Shown piece after piece: positions 23,969 through 24,000 of a stretch of DNA of 24,000 nt. Each line of letters starts with the position of its first letter. Positions within the stretch are counted from its first letter, which is position 1. A program made the position numbers and the translations under genes. Under the pieces are notes generated by a model. That model had not been told where the DNA came from. It saw only the letters and a list, made by a program, of their open reading frames with translations, and ran no database searches. The stretch lies in contig CAZCEH010000010.1 in the NCBI GenBank assembly GCA_964497705.1, positions 61,757 through 85,756 of the forward strand, written 5' to 3'. Origin of the DNA: an uncultured Actinomycetes bacterium. Lineage in GTDB: Bacteria > Actinomycetota > Actinomycetes > Mycobacteriales > Nakamurellaceae.

Positions 23969-24000
23969 GGTTGCCCATCCACGACGTGTTCACCGAGGTG

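Noticed and set aside
22167-23993. 608-aa minus-strand ORF overlapping the histidine kinase and esterase
   Set aside because: Its composition is Arg/Pro/Gly-dominated. It overlaps the kinase frame, which contains clear H, N and G boxes, and the plus-strand esterase. It is an artefact.
23965-24000. Open minus-strand frame at the right edge (...HLGEHVVDGQP*) whose TGA overlaps the kinase GTG
   Set aside because: Only 11 codons are visible. That is too little to call a CDS or assign a family, so it is mentioned only as context for the kinase operon.
1-24000. Screen for CRISPR arrays, tRNA/rRNA genes, transposases/integrases, prophage or defence-system genes, and biosynthetic clusters
   Set aside because: None were found. 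The only tandem repeats (14 bp x about 4 and 15 bp x 4) have no spacers and are far too short for CRISPR. No ORF shows transposase, integrase, nuclease-helicase or PKS/NRPS-type motifs. I did not recognise a cloverleaf-like tRNA sequence in the intergenic regions, although this was by eye only.

Overview
The window is about 72% GC, and its gene content and order look like a chromosomal segment of an actinomycete (Actinomycetota). Most of it is a conserved housekeeping neighbourhood. On the minus strand, hemE, hemY and hemQ overlap one another, and hemQ runs off the left edge. hemA is divergent from that block. The remaining core genes are holA, rpsT, lepA, hemW and the hrcA-dnaJ-rsmE heat-shock/ribosome block.

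Accessory genes sit between these core genes:
- a ThrC-family enzyme with an N-terminal zinc ribbon, preceded by a clear SAM-I riboswitch
- a probable secreted lipase
- a YciI/DGPF protein followed by an ECF sigma factor with a long C-terminal extension (ECF42-like)
- two alpha/beta hydrolases, one carrying a perfect 15-bp x4 in-frame repeat
- a membrane protein resembling the N-terminal sensor module of actinobacterial histidine kinases, but with no kinase attached
- a quinone-oxidoreductase/MFS pair
- two tiny overlapping membrane ORFs that are absent from the ORF track
- a small ParB/sulfiredoxin-like protein
- a HisKA_3-type histidine kinase with no adjacent response regulator

I found no tRNA or rRNA genes, CRISPR arrays, transposases, integrases, or any recognisable defence or biosynthetic gene cluster. 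I also see no convincing large novel multi-gene system.

The observations most worth a second look are the riboswitch/ThrC-like pairing, the odd architecture of that riboswitch, the DGPF-ECF42 module, and several small repeats and palindromes. Many long ORFs in the track are off-frame or antisense artefacts of high-GC DNA and were rejected. All calls rest on reading the sequence and on recalled family motifs; no searches were run.
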